Shown: piece by piece, positions 36,002 to 50,100 of the stretch
How positions within the stretch are numbered: position 1 is the stretch's first letter
Layout of the letters: every line of letters begins with the position of its first letter
NCBI RefSeq assembly: GCF_030144855.1
Contig: NC_082729.1
Span: 35,402,001-35,466,000, forward strand
DNA length: 64,000 nucleotides
Direction of reading: 5' to 3'
From: Hypanus sabinus
Lineage: Eukaryota
Position numbers and translations under genes: made by a program
Notes under the pieces: generated by a model
What the model saw: only the letters and a program-made list of their open reading frames with translations
The model's database searches: none
What the model was told of the DNA's origin: nothing

Positions 36002-36305
36002 CCCGGGAGTGTGTGATGGGACGGTGTGGAGGGAGCTACACTCTGTCTGACCCCGGGAGTGAGTGATGGGATGGTGTGGAGGGAGCTTCACTCTCTATCT
36101 GACCCCAGGAGTGTGTGATGGGACGGTGTGGAGGGAGTTTCACTCTGTATCTGACTCCGGGAGTGTGTGATAGGACAGTGTGGAGGGAGTTTCAATCTGT
36201 GTCTGACCCTGGGAGTGTGTGATGGGACGGAGTGGAGGGAGATTCACTCTGTGTCTGACCCTGGGAGTGTGTGATGGGACAGTGTGGAGGGAGATTCACT
36301 CTGTC
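36002..36305. repeat. 52-bp satellite, ~6 copies; an inverted ~1.5-copy remnant at ~36830-36905
   Basis: Unit CCGGGAGTGTGTGATGGGACGGTGTGGAGGGAGCTTCACTCTGTGTCTGACC. Confidence 0.95.
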
Positions 36306-39300
36306 AATCTTAGTCAAAGTTCAAAATAATAAACAAACAAAAAATAATTCAGAGAACACGAGTTGTAGAGTCCTTGAAAGTGAGTCAATTCATTGTGGAA
36401 TCAGTTCAGAGTTGGGGTGAGTGAAGTTATCCACGCTGGTTCAGGAGCCTGATGGTTGAGGGGTGATATTTGTTTCTGAACCTGTTAGTATGGGACCTCT
36501 GGCTCCAGGAGGCAGCAAGAGGAGATGGTCTGGATGCTGTGATGTGTTGGTCAAGGTGTGACATGCAATGAAAAAACTGCAACATTCAACAATTATAGCC
36601 ACCCAGGTCTTGCTCTTGTCTCCCTGCTGCCATCAGGAAGGAGGTACAGGAGCCTCAGGACTCACACCACCAGGTTCAGAAATAGTAATTACCCCTCAAC
36701 CATCAGGCTCCTGAACCAGTGTGGATAACTTCAATTGCCCCTTCACTGAAATATTCCCACAACCTATGGGCTCACTTTAAAGGACTCTTCATCTCATGTT
36801 CTCAATATTTATTTATTATTGTTATTATTTTTCACACACTGTCCCATCGCACACATTCCCGGCATCAGACACAGAATGAAGCTCCCTCCACACTGTCCCA
36901 CAGTTCTCCTGACCCAACAGTTCACTATAGTTCTTACATGTGAGAAGATTCTGACAGTAATGGCTGATATAAGCATTGTCTCTGTGATGGCAGTGTAGAA
37001 TTGGAAAGGAGGGGGAAGCACCAGACAGATATTCTGTAATGATCAATAAACCAATTGTTTGGAATCAAATGACACCGTGCCTCTCCCCCCCACCCCTGGC
37101 ACTCCTTCTCTGCCACCTGTCCCACACACCTCCTGCGGGCTCCACGCTTACCATTCCCAATATGCGGTACTGTGCAGTCTATGCAAAAAATGCAGTACCA
37201 TGCAAAATAATGCACCCTAGTTGTATATATGTGCCCAAGACCTTTGCACAGAACCAGATATAATTCATTTATTCACCAAGCACACCTACTCAGACTGCTG
37301 TCACAAGAAAGCAGCATCCATCATCAGGGACCCCACCACCCAGGACAGGCTCTCTCCTCACTGCTGCCATCAGGAAGAAGGGGTGACAGCCTCCAGGTTC
37401 AGGAACCATTATTGCCCCCTGACCATCTGATCCTGAACCAGAAGGGACGACTTCACTTCGTCTCATTCACCCCATCACCGAACCACCTCTTGTTGCTACC
37501 TTCACTCTTGCCACGGCAGAAGAATTGGTGATTTGAAGATTAAACTGACAAATCAGCCACACCCCCACCTTTTCGTTTGGTTATCCTTCGTCCCGGTTTG
37601 ATTCCTTCCACATCCATTTCTGTTTCAGTTAATTAGTTTAGTTCATTCAGCTCATAACATCATTGGTCGTTAGCACCTGTTATCTTTGTTCAACTTACCC
37701 TAGGCTAGACACTGACAAAGTAATCAAGTTTTAATTTGAAACTTTCTATTACTGAACATATTACTTTGTTTAATGAAATGAAGGCATTTCTCTGTAACAT
37801 ATAAGGTTTTGGAAAATGAGTGTTTGGAAATCTAAAATTTGCTCTTTTCTACTGATACACTAATGCAGAAGACAAAAGGTAAACATTTCTCGGGAGCCCG
37901 AGACTTTTGCACAATATTATAAATAAATAATTTTTTGTTCTACTGTAAATGGTGACATATATGTACTCTGATAATAAATTTACTTTGGACTTTAATACGG
38001 AAATAATGTGTCAAAATTATATACAGAAATAATACTTTACTTATGTAAAATAAATAATGAATGGTTTATGTAACTCCCTGGACAGGGAAACTCGCTTGTG
38101 CGTGTCATTGGGGCCTCACACCCAGAGCAGATAGAGGTCGGGTTTCAGCTGTCACACTTTGGTGCATCCAGGGGGAAGGAAGATCAACACCTTTGTCCTC
38201 GCAGATGGACGAGTATCTTTGATGTCACCCGTGAAGGTGTTCCCCTGCACAGGGCCGCACACTGTAACTCCGCGATTGTGTGTTCAAACCTGCCCTCCGG
38301 AGTCTTTGAGTGTGTACTTTACGCCACCTCACTCAGACTGAACGGGTTTCTCCCAGGTGCTCCGGGAACATAGAACACAACGCCACAGTACAGGCCCTTC
38401 GGCCCACAATGTGGTGCCGACCTTTTCACCCACTCTACCATCAATCTGACCCTCTCCTCCCACTTAGCCCTCCATTTTTTTCTCAATGTGCCTATCTAAG
38501 AGTCCGTTAAATGTCCCTAATGTGTCCGCCTCTACCACAACCATGCACCCACCATTCTTACCCAGACATCTCCCCCTATACTTTCCTCCAATCACCTTAA
38601 AACTATGCCCTTTCGTATTAGCCACCTTATCCTGGGAAAAGGTGCTGGCTGTCCACTCGATCAATCTCCCTTATCATCTTGTACAATTCTATTAAGTCAC
38701 CTCTTATCCTCCTTCACTGCAAAGAGAAAAGCCCTAGCGAACTCAGTCTATCCTCACAGGACATGCTCTCTAATCCAGGTAGCTTCCTGGTAAATCTCCT
38801 CTGCACCCTCTCTAAAAAAAACTTCCAGTTCCTTTCTACAATGAGGCAAAGAGAGGAGAGAGCACAATGTTCCAAGTGAGGTGTTTCAGAGCTGAAACAT
38901 TACGTCGCAGCCTTTGAACTCAATCCCCCAACTAACGAAGGCCAACCACCCTGTCAACTTGCTCAGTAACTTTGAGGATCGAATGGATGTGAATACCAAG
39001 ATTCCTCTGCCCCTCCACCTGCTACGAATCCTGCAATTATCCCTGTATTCTGCCTTCAAATTCGACCTCCCTCAGTGAATCACTCCATATGCTGCTGGTT
39101 CCCAGTCAGACTCTGCTTCTCCAAATGCTCATAAATCTTCTCTCGAAAATCTCCAATATTTCTCCCACCACTGAAATAAATTCCCAGGGGTTTCCCTATT
39201 CCCTTTCTCGAATAAAGGGATGACATTTCCCACCATTCTGGTACAGCCCCTGTGGCTGGTGAGGGTGCAGTTACAGTTCACACTATTTTACCCTTGATAT

Positions 39301-39439
39301 GTTTCCTGTGCCATCCTTGAGCACTGCTGGGGCATCATCCAGTGTCCCTCCCAGTTCACTTTCAGATGACTCTACTGCAGGGGATGTGGCATGCCAATGG
39401 TGGATGGATCTCCAGGCAAGTTGTCTCAGCCAATCATGG

Positions 39440-40250
39440 CCCTCCTGCTCTTACCACACACAAGCCCAATGTGGCTTGACGGTTGTTGTACCTCACTGCT
39501 CCAAATGTCATTTCCACAGGAGTCATCTTTTCTCCAGTTTAGGTTCTTACCTGGATAACTACAGCCTTCAGTGTAGTATCTTTGAAAAGCTGTGTTCAAA
39601 CTCATTTAGAGGAATGACTGAAACAGCCATGCCAGTATCCAATTCTATTTTAATTAATTTGCCGTTCATTTCTGGTCTCAGTCATTGCTTGTCTCTTACC
39701 AGCTTTTACATTGTAAATCTAAAGGCTACGCAGTCCAGTATCACTCATCAAAACCAGATTTTTCATCAACAACATGCAGATTAGTTCTCCTTTGAAACTA
39801 CAACTTTATCTTTTTCTCTTCGCTGTGCAGTCCATTTGTTTTTGTCTGCCTGATATGCTCTTTGTACGTCCTACTTTTTTATATTTTCTGCAAGTTTCAC
39901 CTTTAAATCTGCATTCGACAGGTATATGTGACCCTCTGCCACAATGGTAACACAATTTGTTTGGCCAGGCCAGTTTCTGTTTCAACATTGCAATTTTGTT
40001 CACATTGGCTTTCACTCCTGACAGCAATTCAATTGTGTCTCTGTCTTGTGTTTCCATTGATACAGTTATTTCAACTGCTCTTCTGAATGTAATTTGTGCT
40101 TCAGTTAGGAGTCACTTTTAAATGCTGTCTTGTAAGTTTCCACAAATTAATTATCACCCAGTGCTTTATTAAGCTCAGTACCAAACTGACAATGCTCAGA
40201 CAACTTCTTCAATTCAATTTTGCAACTCCAAAAATGAAAATGAATTGAAA
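39440..40250 (-). mobile_element. Ty3/Gypsy gag-protease relic
   Basis: Zinc knuckle CYHCGRGSHIPVECRFKGETC (ORF 39806-40057) and aspartic protease motif MNGKLIKIELDTGMAVSVIP at ~39610-39670. Confidence 0.8.
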
Positions 40251-40256
40251 GTGTCT

Positions 40257-41728
40257 GGCCCCGGGAGTGTGGGACGGGACGGTGTGGAGGGAGTTTCACT
40301 CTGTGTCTGACCCCGGGAGTGTATAATATGGAGGGAGCTTCACTCTGGGTCTGACCCCTGGAGTGTGTGATCTGGAGGGAGCTTCACTCTGTGTCTGACC
40401 CCGGGAGCGTGTGACGTGACGGTGTGGAGGGAGTTTCACTCTGTGTCTCAGCCCAGGAATTTGTGATGGGACGGTGCAGAGGGAGCTTCACTCTGTGTCT
40501 GACCCTGGGAGTATGTGATGCGACAGTGTGGAGGGAGTTTCACTTTGTGTCTGGCCCCGGGAGTGTGTGATGGGACAGTATGGAGGGAGCTTCACTCTGT
40601 GTCTAACCCGGGGAACCTGTGATGGGACGGTGCAGAGGGAGCTTCACTCTGTGTCTGACCCCGGAGGTGTGTGATGGGACGGTATGAAGGGAGCTTCACT
40701 CTGTGTCTGACCCCGGGAGTGTGTGATGGGACGGTGTGGAGGGAGCTTCACTCTGTGTCTGACCCCGGGAGTGTGTGATGGGGCGGTGTGGAGGGAGCTT
40801 CACTCTGTGTCTGACCCCAGGAGTGTGATGGGACGGTGTGGAGGGAGCTTCACTCTGTGTCTGACCCCGGGAGTGTGTGATGGGGCGGTGTGGAGGGAGC
40901 TTCACTCTGTGTCTGACCCTGGGAGTGTGTGATGTGGAGGGAGCTTCACTCTGTGTCTGACCCCGGGAGTATGTGATAGGATGGTGTTGAGGGAGTTTCC
41001 CTCTGTGTCTGACCCCAGGAGTGTGTGAAGGGACAGTGTGGATGGAGTTTCACTCTGTGTCTGACCCCTTTATTTTATTACAAAATCCTTTATTACAAAT
41101 ATCGGTGCTATACAATATATACAAAACAGTGGCAAACTGCCTGTCGGTGTGATGTGGAGGGAGCTTCAGTATGTGTCTGTCCCCGGGAGTGTGTGATGGG
41201 ACGGTGTGGAGGGAGATTCACTCTGTATCTGACCCCGGGACTGTGTGATGGGACGGTGTTGAGGGAGTTTCCCTCTGTGTCTGACTCCGGGAGTGTGTGA
41301 AGGGACGGTGTGGAGGGAGCTTCACTCTGTGTCTGTCCCCGGGAGTGTGTGATGGGACGATGTGGAGGGAGCTTCAGTCTGTGTCTGTCCCCGGGAGTGT
41401 GTGATGGGACGGTGTGGAGGGAGATTCACTCTGTGTCTGACCCCGGGAGTGTGTGATGGGACGGTGTGGAGGGAGTTTCACTCTGTGTCTGACCCTGGGA
41501 GTATGTGATGGGATGGTGTGGAGGGAGCTTCACTCTGTGTCTGACCCCTGGAGTGTGTGATGGGACGGTGTGGAGGGAGATTCACTCTGTGTCTGACCCC
41601 GGGAGTGTGTGATGTGGAGGGAGCTTTACTCTGTGTCTGACCCCGGGAGTGTGTGATGGGACGGTGTGGAGGGAGTATCACTCTGTGTCTGACCCCGGGA
41701 GTGCCTGTCGGTGTGGTGTGGAGGGAGC
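40257..41728. repeat. 52-bp satellite array, ~27 copies, with a ~70-bp AT-rich interruption at 41069-41137
   Basis: Same unit as 36002-36305, with shorter deletion variants. Confidence 0.95.
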
Positions 41729-41869
41729 GGAGAGAGCCTGCATAGATTATAATAAACTAAATAGCCTTCACCTCTGAGAAGCTCTCTGCTTTCCTTGGCT
41801 GCTCTTCCCTGTAATTCCCAGTTTGCAATTCCATCCCCTTGTGAAACTGCAGACACGTCATTCATCAGT

Positions 41870-42290
41870 AGCTTCCCCCGCGATCTTGTTTCGACGCCCG
41901 TCAGTTATCACCGTGTTTGTAATTGATCGTGTCCCTGGCTCACGTTCCGCTGCGAAGCTCCCTTGAAGCTACAGAAAGTCCCCACTGCCTTCCCGTCTCC
42001 AGGGACAAGGCTGAAATGTTTTCCCACTTCCTTGTAAAAAAAACCCGTTCTGATTGGTGGGTCCACTGCCCGGCCGTGAACTCCGCACTAACTGCCTGTT
42101 CAACTGAGTGCGAGAGACAGCTCACAAACACACTGACAAGCAAAATTCTAAAAACTCCGCGTCCAGAGCCGCCAAGATCTTGTGACGGCTCCTGCGGTGT
42201 GAATCCGACCATTGCTCCCCCTCAGCCGCACGCCGTGCCGATGACAGGCTAACTGTGTGGACGGGAGCTTGGCAGGTGGCGTGGGCTCGA
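41870..42290. promoter_or_regulatory. CpG-rich unique patch with a CCAAT/Y box (CTGATTGG, 42050-42057); possible promoter
   Basis: Visibly CpG-dense against the CpG-poor background; no downstream exon identified. Confidence 0.3.
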
Positions 42291-45135
42291 TCAAAGAACA
42301 GTACAGGCCCTTCAGCCCGCTAGATTGTGCCGGCCTTTCAACCAGCTCCAAGATCAGTCTGCCCCTTCCTTCCTACAGAGCCTCCATTCTTCCAATCATC
42401 CACCTGCCTGCCTACCAGTTTCTGAAATGCCCCAAATGTATCTGCCTCTATCACCACCCCTGGCAGGGTGTTCCATACACCCATCCTACTCTGTGTAAAG
42501 AATACTTTCTTCCAATCACCTTTAAAATTTTGCCCCCTTGTATTAGTTATTTCCACCCTGGGAGAAAACTCCAGCCTGTTGTATTGCACACCTCCATCAA
42601 GTCACCTCTCATCCTCCTTAACTCCAGAATGTCCTAGCTCACCCAATCTGCCTAGGCAAGGCAGCATCCTGGTAAATCTCCTCTGCATCCTCTCTAAATC
42701 TTCCGCATCCTTCCCATAATGAGGCGACCAGAGCTGAACACAAAATTCCAGGTGGCTAAATATACTCACTGGCCACTTTATTAGTTACCTCCTGTACCTA
42801 GTGAAGTGGCCACTCAGTGTATGTTCGTGATCTTCTGCTGCTGTAGCCCACCCACTTCAAGGTTCAATGTGTTGTGCATTCAGAGATGCTCTTCTACACA
42901 GAACAGCTGAGTTACCGTCAGCTTGAACCAATCTGGCCACTCTCCTCCGACTTTTCTCTCATTAACAAAGCATTTTTGCCCACAGAACTATATCTCACTG
43001 GGTATTTTTCTTTTCATTTTGTTTTGATTTCCACACCAACCTCAGGAAAACAGAGACTGCTGTGCGTGAAAATCCCAGGAGATCAGCAGTTTCCGGGATA
43101 CTCAAGGCACCCCATCTGGCACCAACAGTCATTCCACGGTCAAAGTCACAGATCACATTTCTTCCCCATTCTGATGTTTGGTCTGAACAACTGAACCTTT
43201 TGACCATGTCAGCATGCTTTTATGCATTGAGTTGCCGCCACACGATTGGCTGATTAGATATCTGCATTAACGAGCCGGTGTAGAGGCACACTTCATAAAA
43301 TGGATATTGAGTGCAGCTTGTAAAACTCTTAAAAAAGCTGGTTTACAGGTACCGCAAGTAATTGCAAGGTCTATTGGAATGTTGGTCTTTATTGTGAAGA
43401 GTTGGGCGTATGAAATTGGGGATGAATGTTTTAAAGGACACGTGGATTACGGAATATAGCAGAAACGCAAGAGGTTCTGCAGAAGCTCGAAATCCAATGC
43501 AACACATGGAAAAATGCCGGTGGATCTCAGCAGTGACGTTACAAAGTCGAATTGAAATGGATTGTCACTGGGAGATGGGATATCCCGTCAACCCATTTCA
43601 TTCCGACTTCCCATTCCCATTCCGGCATGTCTGCCCACAGCCCCCACTACTGCCACAATGAGGCACCCTCAGACTAGAGGAGCAATACCTCATTTTCCGT
43701 TTGGGTAGCTTCCAATCTGGTGGCATGAGCATCAATCTCTCCAACTTCTGGCAATTTCTCCCTGTTACTCCATTTCCAAATCTGGCTCCTCGTTTAAATG
43801 CCTTATTTGTGCCCCCATCACCACCCACGGCAGCCCGTTTCAAGCAACTATCATTGTGTCTTACTAAATTCTTGCCCTGCCATCTCCTCTAAACTGGGAG
43901 CATGAACATCGATTTCTCTAAATTTCAGTCATTTCTAACCCCCCCCCCCCCACTCTCTTCTTGCACCAGGCCATCGAACCGATCAACTCACGCTGATTTG
44001 AGTGTACTCTGTATTACATTGGCTGTTCTAGTCATTATAAATTACTATAAATCACCATGATGGCACATTGCACATTTAGATGGAGACGTAACGTAAAGAT
44101 TTTTACTCCTCGTGTATGTAAAAGATCTAAGAAATAAAGTCAATTCAATTGAATTCTCTTTTTCCATTCCTCAATCTGGTTTCCCTCTTACCTGCCCATC
44201 ATTTCCCCTGGTGCCCCTACTCCGTCACTTTCTGCTATGATCCTCCCCTGTCAGATTCTGTCTTCTTCAGCCCTTTATCACCTCCCCAGCTTCTTACTTC
44301 ATCCCCCTCATCCTGTCCCACCTATCACCTCCCGGTTTGTACCTCTTCTCTCCACTTACCTTCTTGCTCTGCAAATAACACCCCCCCCCCCCACCCACGT
44401 TCCTTTCCAGTCCTGATGAAGTGTCTGGGTCTGAAACGTCGACTCTTTATCCTCCCCTATAGGTTCTGACTCCGGCTGGGGGGGGGGGGTTCATCGGCCT
44501 TGGATGGGAGAAGGAAAACTCTGATTTGAAACCTCCGCTGCCTTGCGGCCATACCCACCCACGGGGAAAGGCTTCGGGAGTAAACCCCGAGGAAGAAATC
44601 CGGAGCCGGGGTCCCTGAGGCAGTTTGATGTTGTTTACAACTCTGGTTCCAATCTGTATCGGCGCTTGCCCTTCCCTTCGTCAGTGACGTGGAGAGCAGG
44701 AGCCGGTTCTCCAAATCTTCCTGTCCTGGAGAGAACATCGTCCTCCAGAGGCACAAACCCATGGTCCCCTCGGACCGACGTCTGCCTGCCACCACTATAG
44801 ATTCTGCCTAACCTGCTGAGTTCCTCCACCATTTTGCATGCGTTTCACTGTGTACAGTTCTAATCTCTGCATTTCAGGAAGAATACTCTTGCAAAGACAG
44901 CTCAGTAGCTAGTTTTGGGGGTGCTACCATTGGGAATGAGCTACGGGAGCCTTAGAGCTTTAAATCACTGGATTCAGGAACAGTTATTACCCTTTAAATC
45001 ACAGCCTCCTGAACCAGTGTGGATAGCTTCACTCACCTCAACGTTGAACTGGTTCCACAACCTATGGACTCTCGTTCAAGGACTCATGTTCTCAGTGTTA
45101 TTCATTTGTCTATTTATGAGCTTATTTATTTATTA

Positions 45136-46600
45136 CAGATTGAGCATCCCTTGTTCGAAATGCTTGGGCCGCCGTCAGTGTTTCAGAGTTTGGGTTGATT
45201 CCGATTCTGGAATATATATAATGAGACAGCTTGGGGTCACCGACATTTCCGATCTTGAATTACTGTGCTACTGGTAATTAAGCCTTTGCTTTCTGCTTGT
45301 TCATCACACGTATGTACAATAGTTAAAAATTATTACATCCCGTTAATATAATTAAGGTATAATGTGTGAAGGGTAACAGAAGGAGCAGCTCTATTTTTAT
45401 CTTTGATGTCTCTTTTGTTCCCTTTCAAGGTTCTTTTGAAGACGCTGACCTGGATTTGAACACTGACTTCGGTTCTTCATGGAAATGGGACCCGCTCTCA
45501 GGGACTCACGACCGGCCGCTTTTGATATGCCAAGGATGCTTTGCTGCACGATTGAGTGCTTGGCAGGAGATGCCGATGCTTTTTTGCTGGTGGGGGAACG
45601 GGGCTGGGGAGTCGTCGCTTTGCTGCTGCTTGTGCGTGGGAGGGGGAGCGGGGTGGGGCTTTGGGGTTCTAACATTTAACTGACATTTATCGTTCAGGAC
45701 ACTCCTGTTTTCATGGATGTTTGTGAAGCAAAAGAATTTCATGACATATATTGTATACATTCCTCTAACGTTAAATGAACCCATTGAAACCCACTGAAGC
45801 AGCATTCACAGATACCTGAACCACCTGTTGAACAAGAACAAGCAGGATTTCAGTCTCTACCTGCGATGCTGTACTTTGATTAAAGGGTTACTGTGTACTG
45901 TATTTGTATTTTACTGTGTGCCATTTCGGTCACCAAATTACAGGAAGGATATTAATAAGTTTGAAAGAGTGCAGAGAAGGTTTACGAGGATATTGCCGAG
46001 AATTGAGAAGCTGAGTTACAGAGAAAGGTTGAATAGGTTAGGACTTTATTCCCTGGAGCGTAGAGGAATGAGGGGAGATTTGATAGGGGTATATAAAATT
46101 ATGACGGGTATAGATAGAGTGAATGCAAGCAGGCTTTTTCCATTGAGGTTAGGGGAGAAAAAACCAGAGGACATGGGTTAAGGGTGAAAAGGGGGAAATT
46201 TAAAGGGAACATTGCAGGGGGCTCCTTCACACAGAGAAGGAATGAGCTTCTCCAGAATCACCTTGAAACTAATGGGCACCACAGTAGTGTTCCACTGAAT
46301 ATTCACAAGCACCTTCAGTTCGTCTTGGTAGGTCTTTCCTTAATTCATGATCTGCAGATGGTCACTCCTCTGACGAATCCACTCTTTCAATACACGATCG
46401 ACATCTTCATTTTTCACTTTAAACAGTGTTTTCTATTTCTCATTAACTTCTGATCATCACGTATGTGAGGTCACTTCTTGGAGCTGTCTGTTGTGCACAG
46501 AGACCTGTGCATCGCTTGGGAACTTTCCCAGCGCCTTCTGGAATTTTCCTTCTGTGACATCATGTCAGTGCTCAAAAAAATCTGGATTTCAGAGGTTTTT
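45136..46600 (-). mobile_element. Tigger/pogo-like DNA transposon relic interrupted by a SINE-like repeat and a CR1 fragment
   Basis: Minus strand at ~46300-46440 reads KTLFKVKNEDVDRVLKEWIRQR (CENP-B-type HTH). CAGATTGAGCATCCC terminus at 45136. Confidence 0.6.
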
Positions 46601-49600
46601 CTTAATTAAGTGCAATCGTGAACGAGCCAGATCAGAAATGCTGATCATCTAGTTCCCAAGGAGAACCCTGATAGGTCAATCAGATGGTTCACTGCTGCTC
46701 AGCGACAGAACACAAAAAAAATCATATGTACAATTAAGAAACATTAAAGAATAGTAGGAATACTGGAGTCACGATGATCAAGTCTGCTGGGGAGAGACAT
46801 TTATACACATCCTGTCCTCCATAATTCAGAGAGATTGAAGGGTAAGGTTGCAGGGTGACAAAACGTGACAGGAGCACCTGGAACTGAAAACTAATCCCTA
46901 CCGGGAGAAAACAACACCTGATCTTTCCGCTCTGTTCTCCAGCGGTTTAAGGACTAAATCCAGTCGGAACATAACTCACAGGTGCTCTTGAAAGTCAGGT
47001 ATTAACCCTACCTGCCGACAGCCAAGCATTGCCATCCTGGTCCCCTTCATGACAGCTTGTGATGAAGCACGTGACTTCCCTCCCAGGAAGTCGAGTGTTT
47101 GCGCACTCAACTCTTGAAGGCTCGGACCCCATCATCACAGATGTTTCCAACCACAGCATCTGGAAGGCTTTTCCAAATTCTGGTAGCACAGTGAAGGAAG
47201 CTTCTGGAATACACTTGCAGAGTGCTGTCTAGAATACACGTGCAGAACGCTTAGGCTTAGACTTAGACACAGACTCGAAATAACCAAGTCGACACAAACA
47301 AACTCCAAAGGTGAAACCACAGCCAGCAGCACTAGAAATGGTACTCGTATGATTGAGCACAGAGTGCTCAGCACGAGGCCGTACAGAAATGTGGCAGGCC
47401 ATAATTGGCAGTCTGAGTCAGGGACAGCGGTGGCCGATTATACTCTGGGGACTTGGAGCACCGAAACTTGGCCACTGTTCAGTCAGGACCGTGATTTGTT
47501 TTAATCTACACGAGATCCATTGATCAGTCTGAATCTGATTCAGAATCTCCTGTCCACGGCAGCAATCAGAAAATGGCGTGGCCCGGATGGTGGGGACATT
47601 TGACAATGGAGAGAGTGAATTGTCAGGTCTGCAAGAAAAGGTTATTGGCTGCTGTCTACCATCACTGCCAGACTTGTATATGTCCTGGACAAAGTCGTGG
47701 GCAGGAAACTCCATTGCGGGCACTCCTCACCCGGCAAACGGGAAAGCACTAGAGGGCTATTAGAACAGAAACTTCATGCCATCTTAAAAGTTTCTTCCCC
47801 CAAGCAGTTAATCTGATCAACCTTTCTAGTTACCTCCCCCACCCCCTCTATCTATTACATCCATCACTGCACTGTAAACACTTCAAAACACTTTTTATAA
47901 ATGTGTTTACATTGTAAATACATGCTGATATTTCTGTATTTATGCACAAATTTATTTATACCAAATCTGTACTTTAAAATCTGTACTTTATATAATTGTT
48001 TATTCTATATCATTGTTGTTTTCTGTTGCATGACGCACCCTGACCAACTCGTCTTCGTCAGTAGGTTGCATCTGGAATTTCCAGTTGACAAGACAATTTC
48101 CCTCCAGATTTTGCCTTCTGCTGGGTGGGGTTTTTTTAACAGATCACCAGTTCTTAAGCCCAACACGGATGGAGAGTGTGCAAGGGTGCCAGCTGGATTC
48201 GAACTCAGGACCTCTCGCCCCAAAGCCCAGCTACACCACCAACCAGGAAACAAACACCACAGCCAATTCCTAATCCATATCAATGTATATGGTGCATCAA
48301 GCTGATCCTCGGGTGTTGCCCTTTTCAGGCAGTGGCTTCTCTAGATATTCCCAATGGTGGAGAGAAATTTGTCCGTGAGGACCTGAGTTAGGTAGAGTTG
48401 ACAAGAGATTTTTGTACGGGGTCACACACAGCCCCAAATGGAGGTTTGTGATGCCAACTTTTGGGGGAGTCCAGAACCACAGGCCACAGTTCAAGAATAA
48501 GGGGTAGGCCATTTAGAACAGAATTGAGGAAAAAATTCTTCACCCAAAGAGTTGTGGATCTGTGGAATGCTCTGCCTCAGAAGGCAGTGGAAGTCAATTC
48601 TCTGGATGCTTTCAAGAAAGAGTTAGATAGAGCTCTTAAAGATAGCAGACTCAAGGGATATGGGGAGAAGGCAGGAACGGGTACTGATTGTGGGTGATCA
48701 GCCATGAACACAGTGAATGGCAGTGCTGGCTCGAAGGGCCGAATGGCCTACTCCCGCACCTATTGTCCATTGTCTAACTTGACAGTGGTTGCCAACATCC
48801 GGGTGGAAAGTCCCAGCTCAAAAAGACATAATGCCAGTGGAACTGGCAAAGCCATATCTGCCTGGGGGCTGGTTTAGTTCTGCCAGGCCTCCAAAAGTAA
48901 TTCAGGTTGAAGATCAGGTTACAGAGCTATACCTCATGGGCACAGGGCCATTACCACCATCGAGCACGTCCACAAGGAGTGCTGCCACAAGACAGCAGCA
49001 CCCATCATCAAGGACCCCATCATCCAGGCCACGCTCTCTTCTCACTGCTGCCATGGGCAGGAGGTGCAGGAGCCTCAGGTTCAGGAACGGGTATTACCCC
49101 TCAAACATCAGGCTCCTGAATCAACATGGATAGCTTCACCAACACCAGTACTGATTCCACAACCTGTAGACTCACTTTCAAGGACTCTACAACCCATGTT
49201 TTCTATAATCTTTTTATATACAATCTGTCTTTTTCACAAATTGGCTTGACAGCGTTTGTCTGTTTATATATAGTTTTTTATTAAATTCTTGGTTTCTTAA
49301 GGTTATTACAGCCAGGAATGGTAATGAGGGTAAACTCCCAGTAACTATTAAATGCTCCCAGTGGCCTGTATCTCAAACAGCCTCTGACAACCAAGTCCAG
49401 CTCCTGGCCTTCACGTGTGGCTTAGCTACTAAGCCCGGTGGAACTGTTTCAATGACAGGAGAAGGGGCAAAGGTGGGTTCCTGGTACCTTCAAGCAGATG
49501 GGGCAGAGCAGCTCATACAGGAGAAGGAAAACTCTGATCTCAAACTCCGCAGCCTTCTGGTTCTACCCTCGTGGGGGAGGGCTTTGGGGGTAAACCCTGA

Positions 49601-49857
49601 AGAGAAGTCCAGAACTGGAGTCCCTAAGGCAGTCCAATGCTGACTAGCAACTCCTGCGACACCGCTGGTGCCAAATGGACTGGCCTTTGCCAGGTGTGTG
49701 TTCATGGATTCATCAGGTGTGTAGAGAGGGGTAGCCTGCTGCATGGGAAACAGCTGCTCTCTGTATCGTACCTCCCTGGCTTAGGTACTGACTTGTGTAT
49801 CATAGGCCTAAGAGATGTGGTGTGAGTCACAGCCCAGTCATCTCCTGGGCCACGTTA

Positions 49858-50100
49858 CGACCACAGGCTGACCACAGACTGATCACAGACTGACCACAGG
49901 CTGATCACAAACTCCCCACAGGCTGACCACAGACACCTTACAGACTGACCACAAGCTGACCACAGACTGACCACAGGCTCCCCACAGGCTGACCACAGAC
50001 ACCCTACAGACTGACCACAGGCTGACCACAGGCTGAACACAGACACCCTACAGACTGACTACAGTCTTATTACAGCCTGAATACAATCTGACCACAGACT
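49858..50100. repeat. ~11-bp minisatellite (GACCACAGACT/GACCACAGGCT) with higher-order variants
   Basis: Direct reading. Confidence 0.85.

Noticed and set aside
40257-41728. CRISPR-like array, or coding repeats from the ORF track
   Set aside because: Head-to-tail satellite without unique spacers in a vertebrate genome; the ORFs are repeat artefacts.
41940-42212. Signal-peptide-like ORF (RILLVSVFVSCLSHS) and a similar hydrophobic ORF at 47135-47374
   Set aside because: No well-placed Met and donor pair, and no downstream domain exon.
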